Source of the DNA: Candidatus Falkowbacteria bacterium
GTDB lineage: Bacteria; Patescibacteriota; Patescibacteriia; UBA11705
Direction: 5' to 3'
DNA: 64,000 bases
Assembly (NCBI GenBank): GCA_003518055.1
Contig: DOZJ01000006.1
Location: 201,631-265,630, forward strand
Part shown: piece by piece, positions 34,160 through 43,470 of the stretch
Layout of the letters: the number at the start of each line of letters is the position of its first letter
How positions within the stretch are numbered: the first letter of the stretch is position 1
Program-made: the position numbers and the translations under genes
The notes under the pieces: generated by a model
Database searches by the model: none
The model's input: only the letters and a program-made list of their open reading frames with translations
What the model was told of the DNA's origin: nothing

Positions 34160-34633
34160 ATGACTATACTTTTTAAGGAGAGGCAGCTGATGCAGCCGAT
34201 TTTTACGGTTGTTAATCTCGGGGTCATCGGGTTCCTGTTGTATTCCATTTTAGTTTACAATGAACAGTACAGTCGAGGTTCGTTGATTTTTTTGGCGGCC
34301 GCGCTATGCGTCTTATCGTTTACCATGATTAATTTCGCGGTCTTAAACATTAGAGTGACGGAAACAGCGTTGGATTTTGGTTTTGGATTATTCAAACGAT
34401 CATTTTTTATCAAAAATTTGGTCGAGGTGGAAATCCAGAAATACGAATTTCGTCGTTTTGGCGGTTATGGTATCCGAAAATCATTAACCGGCGAAACCGG
34501 TTTTGTCGCTCGCGGCGGAAGCGGAGTATATTTTCGCGATACTAATTCCGGAAAAAAAGTCTATCTCAGCAGCGATAAACCGGAAGAATTGTATACCAAA
34601 TTGATTGAAAATGGTGCGATGGAAAAAAGGTAG
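34160..34633 (+). CDS. membrane protein with a putative bacterial PH-like (bPH/YdbT-like) domain
   Basis: 157 aa with two N-terminal TM helices then a ~90-aa soluble domain. Assignment is by architecture only. Confidence 0.3.
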   Translation: MTILFKERQLMQPIFTVVNLGVIGFLLYSILVYNEQYSRGSLIFLAAALCVLSFTMINFAVLNIRVTETALDFGFGLFKRSFFIKNLVEVEIQKYEFRRFGGYGIRKSLTGETGFVARGGSGVYFRDTNSGKKVYLSSDKPEELYTKLIENGAMEKR

Positions 34634-34675
34634 TCTTTATATAAAAAGTAAAAGACCGCATTGTTATGCTGTTTT

Positions 34676-35466
34676 TTAATAGGGGCCATGTTTGACTTCT
34701 TGTTGTTTAATTTGCCAATAATTGCGAAGGTCTTCTAACGCCGTGCCATACTCTGAACAGGGACCTGCTTCGGCTTGTTCGGGATCAGGTGGCGAGAATG
34801 TGGCTTTGGGCAGTTTCTTGTATCTTTCCGGAAAGTAAATGCGTTTAACGATTTCGGGTGTGATTGGTTTTAGTTCAATTTGAAATTGAGGATCAAACCC
34901 CGGTTCGCTCGCAAAGTAAAAATCATCGGTTGCTCGTTCTGAATACCAGATTAGTGGTTGGCCGTCATTACCAAAATAGCGGGTGTTTTGAGTTGTTTTG
35001 ATTGACACGATTTCGTGTGATACGGGTTTTTTAAACTGTTGCGCTCTGGCAATTGTTTTGATGTTATCAGGATCTTTGATAACAGGATTGCCGGTCTGAG
35101 GATCAATTTCCCACGAGCAAGGAACTTCGATATAACCGACACTACCCATAATGACACAGATCAGGTGTTTACGTCGGCGAAGGAGAAAATCATGCCTACG
35201 CTGATGATAAAAAAGATAGCCGGCAGAAAAGCGATGATTTTGGCTAGCCAAGTATTGATTGCGGCATGAACTTCCATGTATTCAGCGAACCAAGGGAAGA
35301 CCAAGAAGAAAGCGATAATACTGCCGAATTTAAACAGGCTGAATAACATCAGGAGGCCAAAGGCTACTAAAATAAAACCCCAAATGAGTTTTTTCCGATT
35401 GTGCTTGGTCACCGGTGTTTCAGTTTTGTTGGATTCGGATTTGATCGCAGCAAATGGTTTTGTCAT
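34676..35466 (-). pseudogene. disrupted paralog of membrane protein family M (frameshift plus internal deletion)
   Basis: Two overlapping ORFs (35161-35466 and 34676-35251) together align with 25898-26764. About 37 codons are missing relative to the intact copy and the frame changes near 35160-35250. The 5' region, including the upstream motif, is duplicated. Confidence 0.6.
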
Positions 35467-35544
35467 GATCAGCTCCTCGCCGGAGGTTTGGAAATGAACA
35501 GGTTATATATCGTTGTACATTGTTTTGTGTCTAATGTCAACAAA

Positions 35545-35568
35545 AAACTAACATCTTTGGTGTTAGTT
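35545..35568 (-). terminator. terminator family AACTAACA-N-TGTTAGTT (copy for L4)
   Basis: AACTAACATctttggtGTTAGTT hairpin plus a T-run on the minus strand. Confidence 0.55.
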
Positions 35569-37634
35569 TAATCGAGTAACGAGGTGTCCCAAACAGCAAC
35601 TTTTAGTTCGCGGTTAATTCCTATCAGGTAGCGGTTGGTTGGATCCCAGTGGAAGTTGACGGCATCATCTTTGATAAATCCATCGGGGAAAAAGTCAAAT
35701 GGAGCTTTCAAAACAGCTAAGAATTGTTTTGGTTGCAAGTGATCTTTGAAGAGCCTATAAGTTTTACAAATATACGTTGGAGTTGGTTCAAGCTGTAGTC
35801 CTGAAGATTTGACAGGTGTCGTTTTTTTATAAGGTGGTTGCTCGAGAACAACAAAATAATTTTTTGACGGACGTGAAGTAATCCGGCCACTATTATATAA
35901 CATCCACCAGATGTCAATAATATTTACAACCGGTGCGTCTGTAGTAAATGAAGTTTGCGTTTTATCGCTCCAGTTCCAAAAAGATATTCTGTACGTTGTT
36001 TTAGAGAAGTCATCATTTTTGGATTCAGATAAAACTACCAAGGTTCCGTTGTCATACATAATTTGGCTAATATGCAAAAGATCTTGGCACTGTTTGAATA
36101 AATTTTTGGGATCTGACTTCCAAGGGCATTCATCGAATCCAACTTCCTTTCGTGTTGCGAGGTTGTACTCATAAAAATTATTTGCTCCAACGTGATAAAT
36201 AATTGTACCATTACCCGTTGCAACAGTCTGGTCCACATTGGTTAAATATGCTTTTCGTCGGAAGGCATACTCGTGAGATTCAGAAACATCTATGATATGT
36301 ATGGGGAAATCATTAAAAAACTTACCACCAGAAGCGCCAAATCGGTGTATTACGATTGTATCATTGGTCCAGTTAATGATGTGTTGCGCCTTAAAACAGC
36401 AGTTTGGGTCCCACCAGCAATCACGCTCACTTTGTTGGACGTTAACTCCCTTTAATATTTCACGAAAAGTTGCCTCTCTTTGAGTAAACGACCAAACCTT
36501 GAGACTGCTTTCACAATCATCATCCTTATGTTCAGTTAATATGGCAAGACCGGTATTGTCTGGTGACCACATAACATCTTTATATGATTCTGCTCTTGGA
36601 GTTAAACGGCTGAAAGGGCTATAAGCTTTTTTTTCGGCTGCATCATAAATAAAAATTCTGATAGGGGAAAAAAAAGCAAAGAGACTTGGTTTCCCGGACC
36701 AAATAACCTTGAACTCAGATAAGAATTCTTTGGCGTTACTTTCGGGGAATGGTTTATTGAGTTCAAATGTATACAGCGGTTGCAGACACAAAAAGTCGAA
36801 ATCAGGGTCTTTTGTCGTGAATTTAGCTTTTAATTGCTGTAGTACTTGTTTTTTATATTCAGCCTTTCTGGCCTCATCTTGCTGTTTTTGTTCCTGAGAT
36901 TTTTTTTGTTCCTGTTGTCTTTTTTCTTCTTCAGTCCGGATATACTTTTGGTAGATTTCATCAAGACTTTTGGTTTTGGCGTCTTGCGGGCGTGGCAACT
37001 TCAGCATTTCAGCTTGGGGTTGATATTCGGTGATGACAATATTCAGTTTGGCGATTAGATCGTCAACGCTGTCAACGTCCATTGAGTCCAAGAGTTCAAT
37101 ATCCAGTTTTAGTCTTTTTTCCAGACCATTCAATTCACTTCGTCCAAGTTCAGTTTGGCTTAGCGCTTCGGTTACGATTTGGATGTAGGCATCGGCCACG
37201 CTAATGGTTTCAAGGCAAAATTGAATATCTTTGTTAGCGATTGTTTTTTCAAGTACGGTTTGTGAGGTTTCACTTTTTTTTGCCATAATTTCATTGACAT
37301 TGGTTTGAATGTCATCAGTGAATTTTTGGATTTTTTGGCGCAATTCCGTGGCGCGATCGGATAGGCTTGCTTTCAGAAGTTGAACCTCAGATAATTTTTG
37401 ACGAGTCAAGTCCTGTTTGCTTTTAATTTCTTTGGTGGGCGCCGGTGGACTGATGACAATTACTTTTTGCGGTTGATTGGTTGGAGTTGGTGAGTTTGAA
37501 TGTTGATTGCAAGAACAGAAGGTCAGGATAATGATCGTCAGCAAGGCAAATTTTCGGTGTTTCATGGTTGGTCTCCTAGTTTGGTTGTCAATGGGCATTC
37601 CTTTATGTTTACATCGAATTGATAATTTTGTCAA
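35568..37634 (-). CDS. lipoprotein L4 (conserved N-domain, coiled coil, beta-propeller-like C-domain)
   Basis: 688 aa with signal peptide LLTIIILTFCSC. The N-domain is homologous to L1-L3, followed by a KE/Q-rich segment and C-terminal MWSPDNTGLAILTEH-type blades. Confidence 0.65.
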   Translation of the reverse strand: MTKLSIRCKHKGMPIDNQTRRPTMKHRKFALLTIIILTFCSCNQHSNSPTPTNQPQKVIVISPPAPTKEIKSKQDLTRQKLSEVQLLKASLSDRATELRQKIQKFTDDIQTNVNEIMAKKSETSQTVLEKTIANKDIQFCLETISVADAYIQIVTEALSQTELGRSELNGLEKRLKLDIELLDSMDVDSVDDLIAKLNIVITEYQPQAEMLKLPRPQDAKTKSLDEIYQKYIRTEEEKRQQEQKKSQEQKQQDEARKAEYKKQVLQQLKAKFTTKDPDFDFLCLQPLYTFELNKPFPESNAKEFLSEFKVIWSGKPSLFAFFSPIRIFIYDAAEKKAYSPFSRLTPRAESYKDVMWSPDNTGLAILTEHKDDDCESSLKVWSFTQREATFREILKGVNVQQSERDCWWDPNCCFKAQHIINWTNDTIVIHRFGASGGKFFNDFPIHIIDVSESHEYAFRRKAYLTNVDQTVATGNGTIIYHVGANNFYEYNLATRKEVGFDECPWKSDPKNLFKQCQDLLHISQIMYDNGTLVVLSESKNDDFSKTTYRISFWNWSDKTQTSFTTDAPVVNIIDIWWMLYNSGRITSRPSKNYFVVLEQPPYKKTTPVKSSGLQLEPTPTYICKTYRLFKDHLQPKQFLAVLKAPFDFFPDGFIKDDAVNFHWDPTNRYLIGINRELKVAVWDTSLLD

Positions 37635-37718
37635 ATGATCAGGGATGAAAAGTCTGTAGGGATTGTATTTACCTTACTCGAATAAATATGCTATAATTAT
37701 GAATGAATTAAAATCATT

Positions 37719-38909
37719 TTGGTTATGAAATTACGTTCAATCAAAGAAATAAGAAGCTTGGCGGGGAAAACGGTTTTGGTCCGGGTTGATTTTAATGTTG
37801 ACATAAAAAATGGCCGAGTGTCAGAGAAATTTCGGTTAAAACAAGCGGTGGAAACCGTCAAATATTTATTAAAACACGATTGCCGGGTGATTGTCATGGC
37901 TCATTTGGGGCGTCCCGGAGGAAAGTTGAACCATGATTATAGTTTGGCGCCGTTGGTAAAAGAATGGCGGCAGCTGATCTCTCCGTTTGGGGTGAAGTTT
38001 TATCCCGGGAAAATCGATGCCGGTTTGGTTGGGCGGGTTAGTGCTGATAAGTCACGATTGATAATGTTGGATAATTTGCGGTTTAATGCCGGTGAAGAAA
38101 AAAATGATCGGAAGTTTGCTGAAATGTTGGCGTCGATGGTGGATTTTTATGTTAATGAGGCATTTTCGGTTAGTCATCGAGAGGCGGCGTCGGTCGTGGC
38201 TATTACCAAATTATTGCCCAGTTACGCTGGATTAAATCTGATGGATGAAGTTAATTTTTTAAGCCGGGCCGCTGATCCAAAGAAGCCGGCAATGGCTTTG
38301 ATCGGTGGAATTAAGATCGGGTCTAAATTTGGCGTGATTGATACATTTGTGAAAAAGTACGATGTGGTGGCGGTCGGCGGCGGGATTGCCAATACGTTTT
38401 TTTACGCTCAAGGTTGTTCCGTCGGCAAGTCAGTGGTTGATAAAAAATGTTTGGGGAAAATTAAAAAATTAAGCAAGAAAAAAATATTGCTGCCGCTGGA
38501 TGTGATTGTAACCGACGTCAAGACAAAAACCAAAAAAAGATATCATAAGTTGAGCTGGGGAAAAGATATTTGCGAGCCGGACGAAATGATCGCTGATGTA
38601 GGTCCGGAAACCATCCAAATGATTACAAAGATTTTAGCCGGAAAAAAGAGCATTGTTTGGAGCGGAGTTTTTGGCGATACATCAATTCCGGAATTCAAAA
38701 AAGGGTCTAAACAAATTATGACTGCCGTGGCCGATCAGGTGAAAAAAAAGAATGTGGTCGGGGTAATCGGCGGTGGTTCGATGATTGATTTGGTGTTCGA
38801 AATGAAAAAAAATACCAGTTTGGATTTTATTTCCACCGGCGGCGGGGCGATGCTGGAATTTTTGGAGCAAAAAACTTTGGTCGGGTTAAAATCGTTGATA
38901 AAAAAATAA
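37719..38909 (+). CDS. pgk: phosphoglycerate kinase
   Basis: 396 aa with RVDFNVDIKNGRVSE…MAHLGRPGG N-domain motifs and a C-terminal nucleotide-binding domain. Confidence 0.9.
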   Translation: MVMKLRSIKEIRSLAGKTVLVRVDFNVDIKNGRVSEKFRLKQAVETVKYLLKHDCRVIVMAHLGRPGGKLNHDYSLAPLVKEWRQLISPFGVKFYPGKIDAGLVGRVSADKSRLIMLDNLRFNAGEEKNDRKFAEMLASMVDFYVNEAFSVSHREAASVVAITKLLPSYAGLNLMDEVNFLSRAADPKKPAMALIGGIKIGSKFGVIDTFVKKYDVVAVGGGIANTFFYAQGCSVGKSVVDKKCLGKIKKLSKKKILLPLDVIVTDVKTKTKKRYHKLSWGKDICEPDEMIADVGPETIQMITKILAGKKSIVWSGVFGDTSIPEFKKGSKQIMTAVADQVKKKNVVGVIGGGSMIDLVFEMKKNTSLDFISTGGGAMLEFLEQKTLVGLKSLIKK

Positions 38910-39015
38910 ACAAATATAAAAATTAATGGCGGGTGCGGTTGATTGACGCGGATAGCGATGCAGGCTTCGGCCCTTTGTCGTTCATCTCGTTAATCGGCTA
39001 AACCCGTGAAATAGT

Positions 39016-39801
39016 ATGGAAAACAAATCTATGAGCGGGCAATGTTGCGGCTCAGCTCATTTGTGGAAAATGGTGTTGATGACCGTGGGCGTGGTGTTTT
39101 TGTCGCTGTTTTTGATCTTTTTAACTCGTAATGCTTGGAAACAGTATGATTATATCGGCCGGTCAGCTGAGGTCAGAGATACTATTAGTATGACTGGTGA
39201 AGGTAAAGTTGTAGTCGTTCCTGATATTGCCAAGGTCTCGCTTGGGCTTGAAACCAAGAATTTTGATGTAGCCAAAGCGCAAAAAGAAAATTCCGATCGA
39301 ATGAATCAAGTGATCGGAGATTTGAAGGCGCTCGATGTGGCAAAGGAAGATATCAAGACCACGAATTACAATATTTATCCGAATTATGATTGGACATCCG
39401 GCAGTCAAACTTTGCTGAATTACAGCGTGACTCAGACGGTGGAAATAAAAATTCGCGATTTGAACAAAGTTAGTCAGGTTTTGGCTTTGGCCGGAAAATA
39501 TAACTTGAACCAGGTCGGCGGGCTGCAATTCTCGGTTGACAATATTGAAGCGGTGAGAGAAGAAGCGCGGATTAAAGCGTTTGATCAAGCTAAGTCAAAA
39601 GCCAAGGTGTTGGCTGAGGCCGCGGGAGTTAAACTCGGTAATGTCGTGTCTTTTTATGAAAATAACGGCGGATCATATTATTACAGTGATGATGTTTATG
39701 GTTTGGGTGGATCTCCGGAGGCTTCATATAAAGAGCCAACCATTGAAACCGGTAGTCAGGATGTAATTGTTAATGTGACAATCGATTACGAAATTTTGTA
39801 G
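39016..39801 (+). CDS. SIMPL domain protein (DUF541; periplasmic/immunogenic protein family)
   Basis: 261 aa with an N-terminal TM then GEGKVVVVPDIAKVSLGLETK…, typical of PF04402. Confidence 0.7.
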   Translation: MENKSMSGQCCGSAHLWKMVLMTVGVVFLSLFLIFLTRNAWKQYDYIGRSAEVRDTISMTGEGKVVVVPDIAKVSLGLETKNFDVAKAQKENSDRMNQVIGDLKALDVAKEDIKTTNYNIYPNYDWTSGSQTLLNYSVTQTVEIKIRDLNKVSQVLALAGKYNLNQVGGLQFSVDNIEAVREEARIKAFDQAKSKAKVLAEAAGVKLGNVVSFYENNGGSYYYSDDVYGLGGSPEASYKEPTIETGSQDVIVNVTIDYEIL

Positions 39802-39892
39802 CGAAAAATTTTGTTAAAATCGGGCAAGTCGGCGTGATGTTGGCTTGCCTTCATTTTTACGAAATTGATTTTAAGTATGTTGCTGGTAAATT

Positions 39893-40654
39893 ATGGTAGA
39901 AGAAATTAAAACAAGAACAGAAGTGAATGATAAGCCATGGATGTATTTTGCTGATTCAAAAGTTAGAGAGCAATTCAAAAAAAGAATTGAGCAGTTAATA
40001 CTTGAAGTGTCAGATCGACAGCCTCGAGCGTTAATCTTCATTGATCGGGCGGCGAGACCATTGGCTTGGGCTCTAAAAGCGGCGTGGGAGAAACAGTCTC
40101 AGGGATCATTGCCGCCAATAAAGTTTTTTAATTTGGCCGCGGTGAAAGAAAAAATCTTTCCTTTGATTAAGAAAGATTCCAATATGGCTTTGCGCGAGGG
40201 CGGTGAATATACGACGCAGAGAGCTCCGTGGTCGGAGCTGCAGATTGATACAGAAAAAGCGAAAGCAGTGTGGCGGACGGTGGGATCGGACAAGGAACTG
40301 TTGGCGATGATGCCAGATTTGTATAGTTCAAGTGGACCGGTATTGGTGATTGATGATTACCGCGGTCAAGGATCAACAATGAAAGTGGCGAGGAGTTTTT
40401 TGGAGTTTCAGTTTCCTGAAATTGATTTCGAAGAGTATACGGTTTTCTCGGAAATGGACGCGGTTAATTTCCGACCGCCAAAAGGATTGAGCTGGATTGG
40501 CCCGTGGCTGCCATGGAATAGTGATAAGGATTTGACTGGGGTTGAGTCTCGGGAAAATGACAAAGAAGTAATTTCAAAGAGACAGGATTCGCCCGAAGCA
40601 AGACAGAAAATGAAACGACTGAGAGAAGAAATAAATAGACTTTTTGCTGATTAA
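39893..40654 (+). CDS. hypothetical protein with a phosphoribosyltransferase-like motif
   Basis: 253 aa. VLVIDDYRGQGSTMKVA resembles the PRTase PRPP-binding loop. Confidence 0.3.
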   Translation: MVEEIKTRTEVNDKPWMYFADSKVREQFKKRIEQLILEVSDRQPRALIFIDRAARPLAWALKAAWEKQSQGSLPPIKFFNLAAVKEKIFPLIKKDSNMALREGGEYTTQRAPWSELQIDTEKAKAVWRTVGSDKELLAMMPDLYSSSGPVLVIDDYRGQGSTMKVARSFLEFQFPEIDFEEYTVFSEMDAVNFRPPKGLSWIGPWLPWNSDKDLTGVESRENDKEVISKRQDSPEARQKMKRLREEINRLFAD

Positions 40655-40675
40655 AAAAACATCCAGTTTTGGATG

Positions 40676-41305
40676 TTATGAAGCGCAAAGAGTGAGTTTG
40701 TCGGCAATAAATACCAGATGGACCTTGGCAGTTAAAGGAATTGGTGCGGTTATGCAGTGCTGTTTGAGATTAGCGGCAAAAACACTGAATTCCGCGATGA
40801 AAGTTTCGGGTTTGGTTAGATTGAATTCCCTTGTTCCTGCAGAGACCAAAGAAGTTTGCCAGGCTTCGGCGAGGTCACTCGGAATATCACATTCAGGCAT
40901 AGCGTAGTTGTTCAAGGTAAAAGAAGTATTACGTCGTCTATGGAGCAGAAGAAGAAATTCCCGCCATTGACTAACAATGTTTTCGGTACAAGTAAGCACA
41001 TTCTCATTGAGGATTTCAGCGTCAACCGGGTCGGAGCTGTCAAACGGTTTTTCCATGATATCGATTAATTCTTCTGCTTGAACCCTTGCTCGGGTATTCA
41101 TTTCAGAGCATTCCCTTCGCATTTGCGCAATTTCATCAGAGCTTGGGGTAGCGGCTTGGGCCTCTGCAAGAAAAGCTTTTTTCATGTGTTCTTCAGGGAA
41201 AAGACCGATAAGAATATGAATCGCTTGACTACGAGCTTGAGTGGCTAATCGGACTTGAGCCATGTTATGAACCGGAAGGTCTGGAATCGGGCTTTTGGGC
41301 TCCAT
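40676..41305 (-). CDS. hypothetical protein, paralog pair member A
   Basis: 209 aa. Its C-terminal block (FAANLKQHCITAPIPLTAKVHLVFIADKLTL) is related to the C-terminus of 41412-41990. Terminator hairpin ACATCCAgttttGGATGT at its 3' end. Confidence 0.4.
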   Translation of the reverse strand: MEPKSPIPDLPVHNMAQVRLATQARSQAIHILIGLFPEEHMKKAFLAEAQAATPSSDEIAQMRRECSEMNTRARVQAEELIDIMEKPFDSSDPVDAEILNENVLTCTENIVSQWREFLLLLHRRRNTSFTLNNYAMPECDIPSDLAEAWQTSLVSAGTREFNLTKPETFIAEFSVFAANLKQHCITAPIPLTAKVHLVFIADKLTLCAS

Positions 41306-41411
41306 GTGTCCTCCTGTTGGTGTTAAAGTATCAACTTATAATTATAGTAAAAATAAATCATTTTGTCAAGTATTATGAAGATTAAAAAAACATCCAAATG
41401 ATTTTGGATGT

Positions 41412-41990
41412 CTATTTCCGGGCAGTCACGGTGAGTTCTTCGTTGACTAGCTTTAGATGAAATCTATCGGTTAAGCAAAGTGGTTCGTTCGTGGTCTGAA
41501 GATGTGTTCTGAGATTGGTGGCGAAAGTCTGGAAAAATGGTACTTCCATACCGGGCTGATAGGTCGTAACTGTGTTGAAGATTACAGCAATAGTTATTTC
41601 CCATGTGTCTTGGACATTGGTGGGAATTGGAGCCATTGACAAGGCATGGTCATTCAATTTCATTTCATTTGTATGGGGTGTCTGTATAGTAGTCAAAATA
41701 ATAAAGTTCAACCAGTTGTTAGTGAACATTTCGAGAAGCCATTGTTCAATGTTTTGAGATGGCGTTTGCGCTTGTTTCGACTGTGACGTTTCATTTGATT
41801 GAGTGGCGGGCTGCGTAGCCGAATCGGCAACCGAAGATGTGTGATTTAATTCGGCTAGAAGCCACTCTTGAGCAAGCGGTTTGAGTGTTGCGACTGTTTC
41901 GATATTTTCTTTCCCAACAATTTTTCGTAGAAAATCGGTGATCATGGTAATCGGAAAGAGTGATTTCAGTGTTGCGTCACAATGGAGCAT
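41412..41990 (-). CDS. hypothetical protein, paralog pair member B
   Basis: 192 aa whose C-terminus (FATNLRTHLQTTNEPLCLTDRFHLKLVNEELTV) is homologous to that of 40676-41305. The same ACATCCA…TGGATGT hairpin follows it. Confidence 0.4.
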   Translation of the reverse strand: MLHCDATLKSLFPITMITDFLRKIVGKENIETVATLKPLAQEWLLAELNHTSSVADSATQPATQSNETSQSKQAQTPSQNIEQWLLEMFTNNWLNFIILTTIQTPHTNEMKLNDHALSMAPIPTNVQDTWEITIAVIFNTVTTYQPGMEVPFFQTFATNLRTHLQTTNEPLCLTDRFHLKLVNEELTVTARK

Positions 41991-42050
41991 GTTCCCTCCG
42001 TTTGTTGTGGAAAAATAAATGAAAATTGATTATAACAAATATAACATTTT

Positions 42051-43319
42051 TTGTCAATCAGTATGAAAATCAAAAAAATTACAGCTCGTGAAATCCTCGA
42101 CTCCCGCGGCAATCCGACCGTGGAAGCTTTAGTTGAGCTTGAAAATGGCATCAAAGCCAAAGCATCGGTGCCGAGTGGCGCGTCAACAGGAGAACACGAA
42201 TCGTTAGAGTTAAGAGATGGGGATAAAAAAAGGTATTTGGGCCGTGGCGTGCTTAAAGCGATAAAAAATGTGAATCAGAAAATCGCGCCGAAATTGAAAG
42301 GCATGGATGTAACGAAGCAAACGGATTTGGATCAAATGATGCTTGAGCTTGACGGCACAGAAAATAAATCAAAACTTGGGGCGAATGCGATTTTGGCGGT
42401 TTCAATGGCCGTGGCCCGAGTCGGAGCTCTAGCTACGAATAAACCGTTATATAAATATATTCGTGAAACTTTCGGTTTTAAGGAGAAGGGTTGGAGGCTG
42501 CCGATTCCAACTATGAACATTATCAATGGAGGCAAGCACGCGGATAATTCTTTGACCGTGCAGGAATTTATGGTGGTGCCATTGGCGTCAAAGTTTGCCA
42601 CCCGTGTTCGAATCGGGTCGGAAGTGTTTCATCATTTGAAAAAATTGTTAAAGGAAGCAGGGTATCAGACTTTGGTCGGAGATGAAGGCGGTTTCGCGCC
42701 GAATTTGAAAAGAAATGAGGACGCTCTGGAGTTTATTGTCAAGGCGATAAAAAAAGCCGGATATACTCCGGGCAAAGACGCGGTTTTGGCGGTGGATTTG
42801 GCGTTGTCGGAGTATTACAGCGGCGGCAAGTACGCGATGAATGATAAAACAGGAAAAATAAAAATTTCCGCCGACCAGGTGATCAAAACTTTGGACAAGT
42901 GGGTGGCTAAATATCCGATCGTGTCACTCGAAGATCCTTTGGCTGAGGATGATTGGGAAAATTGGGCCAAGATGACGGATTTTCTTGGCCATAAAGTATT
43001 GTTCGTCGGCGATGATTTGTTTGTGACAAACGCCGAGCGGTTGCAACAGGGAATCGATACCGGTGTGGCCAATGCGATTTTGATTAAACTTAATCAGATA
43101 GGAACATTGTCGGAAACAATGGAAACTATTTATCTGGCGAAAAAGAATGGCTATAAAATCAGCGTTTCTCATCGTTCCGGTGAGACAGCCGATACATTTA
43201 TCGCTGATTTGGCGGTGGCGGTCAACGCGGATTTTATCAAAACTGGGTCATTGTCGCGGTCGGAACGAGTGGAGAAATATAACCGGCTCATGGAGATTGA
43301 AGGGGAAGTAAAAGCATAA
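42051..43319 (+). CDS. eno: enolase
   Basis: 422 aa with canonical enolase N- and C-domains ([17 protein letters not shown]…, …SHRSGETEDT-like [10 protein letters not shown]). Confidence 0.95.
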   Translation: MSISMKIKKITAREILDSRGNPTVEALVELENGIKAKASVPSGASTGEHESLELRDGDKKRYLGRGVLKAIKNVNQKIAPKLKGMDVTKQTDLDQMMLELDGTENKSKLGANAILAVSMAVARVGALATNKPLYKYIRETFGFKEKGWRLPIPTMNIINGGKHADNSLTVQEFMVVPLASKFATRVRIGSEVFHHLKKLLKEAGYQTLVGDEGGFAPNLKRNEDALEFIVKAIKKAGYTPGKDAVLAVDLALSEYYSGGKYAMNDKTGKIKISADQVIKTLDKWVAKYPIVSLEDPLAEDDWENWAKMTDFLGHKVLFVGDDLFVTNAERLQQGIDTGVANAILIKLNQIGTLSETMETIYLAKKNGYKISVSHRSGETADTFIADLAVAVNADFIKTGSLSRSERVEKYNRLMEIEGEVKA

Positions 43320-43373
43320 ATAATCAATGTGGATCGAGTTCGATAAATCGACGTCGAGATAATTTAATTTTGT

Positions 43374-43416
43374 CATGCTGAGCCTGCCTGCCGGTAGGCA
43401 GGGCCCTCGAAGCATG
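43374..43416. repeat. repeat family R2 (43-bp palindrome CATGCTGAGCCTGCCTGCCGGTAGGCAGGGCCCTCGAAGCATG)
   Basis: Same core as the other R2 copies, sitting between eno and gpmI. It is followed at 43436-43462 by a second hairpin GTCACCCttcaagagcctcaGGGTGAC. Confidence 0.85.
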
Positions 43417-43470
43417 GCAACTCAATTTTATGACCGTCACCCTTCAAGAGCCTCAGGGTGACAGAATGCT

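Noticed and set aside
25163-37700. Mobile-element interpretation (transposon or prophage) of the paralog cluster
   Set aside because: No integrase, transposase, phage structural genes or terminal inverted repeats bound the region. Duplication of whole promoter-gene-terminator cassettes fits in situ paralog expansion better.
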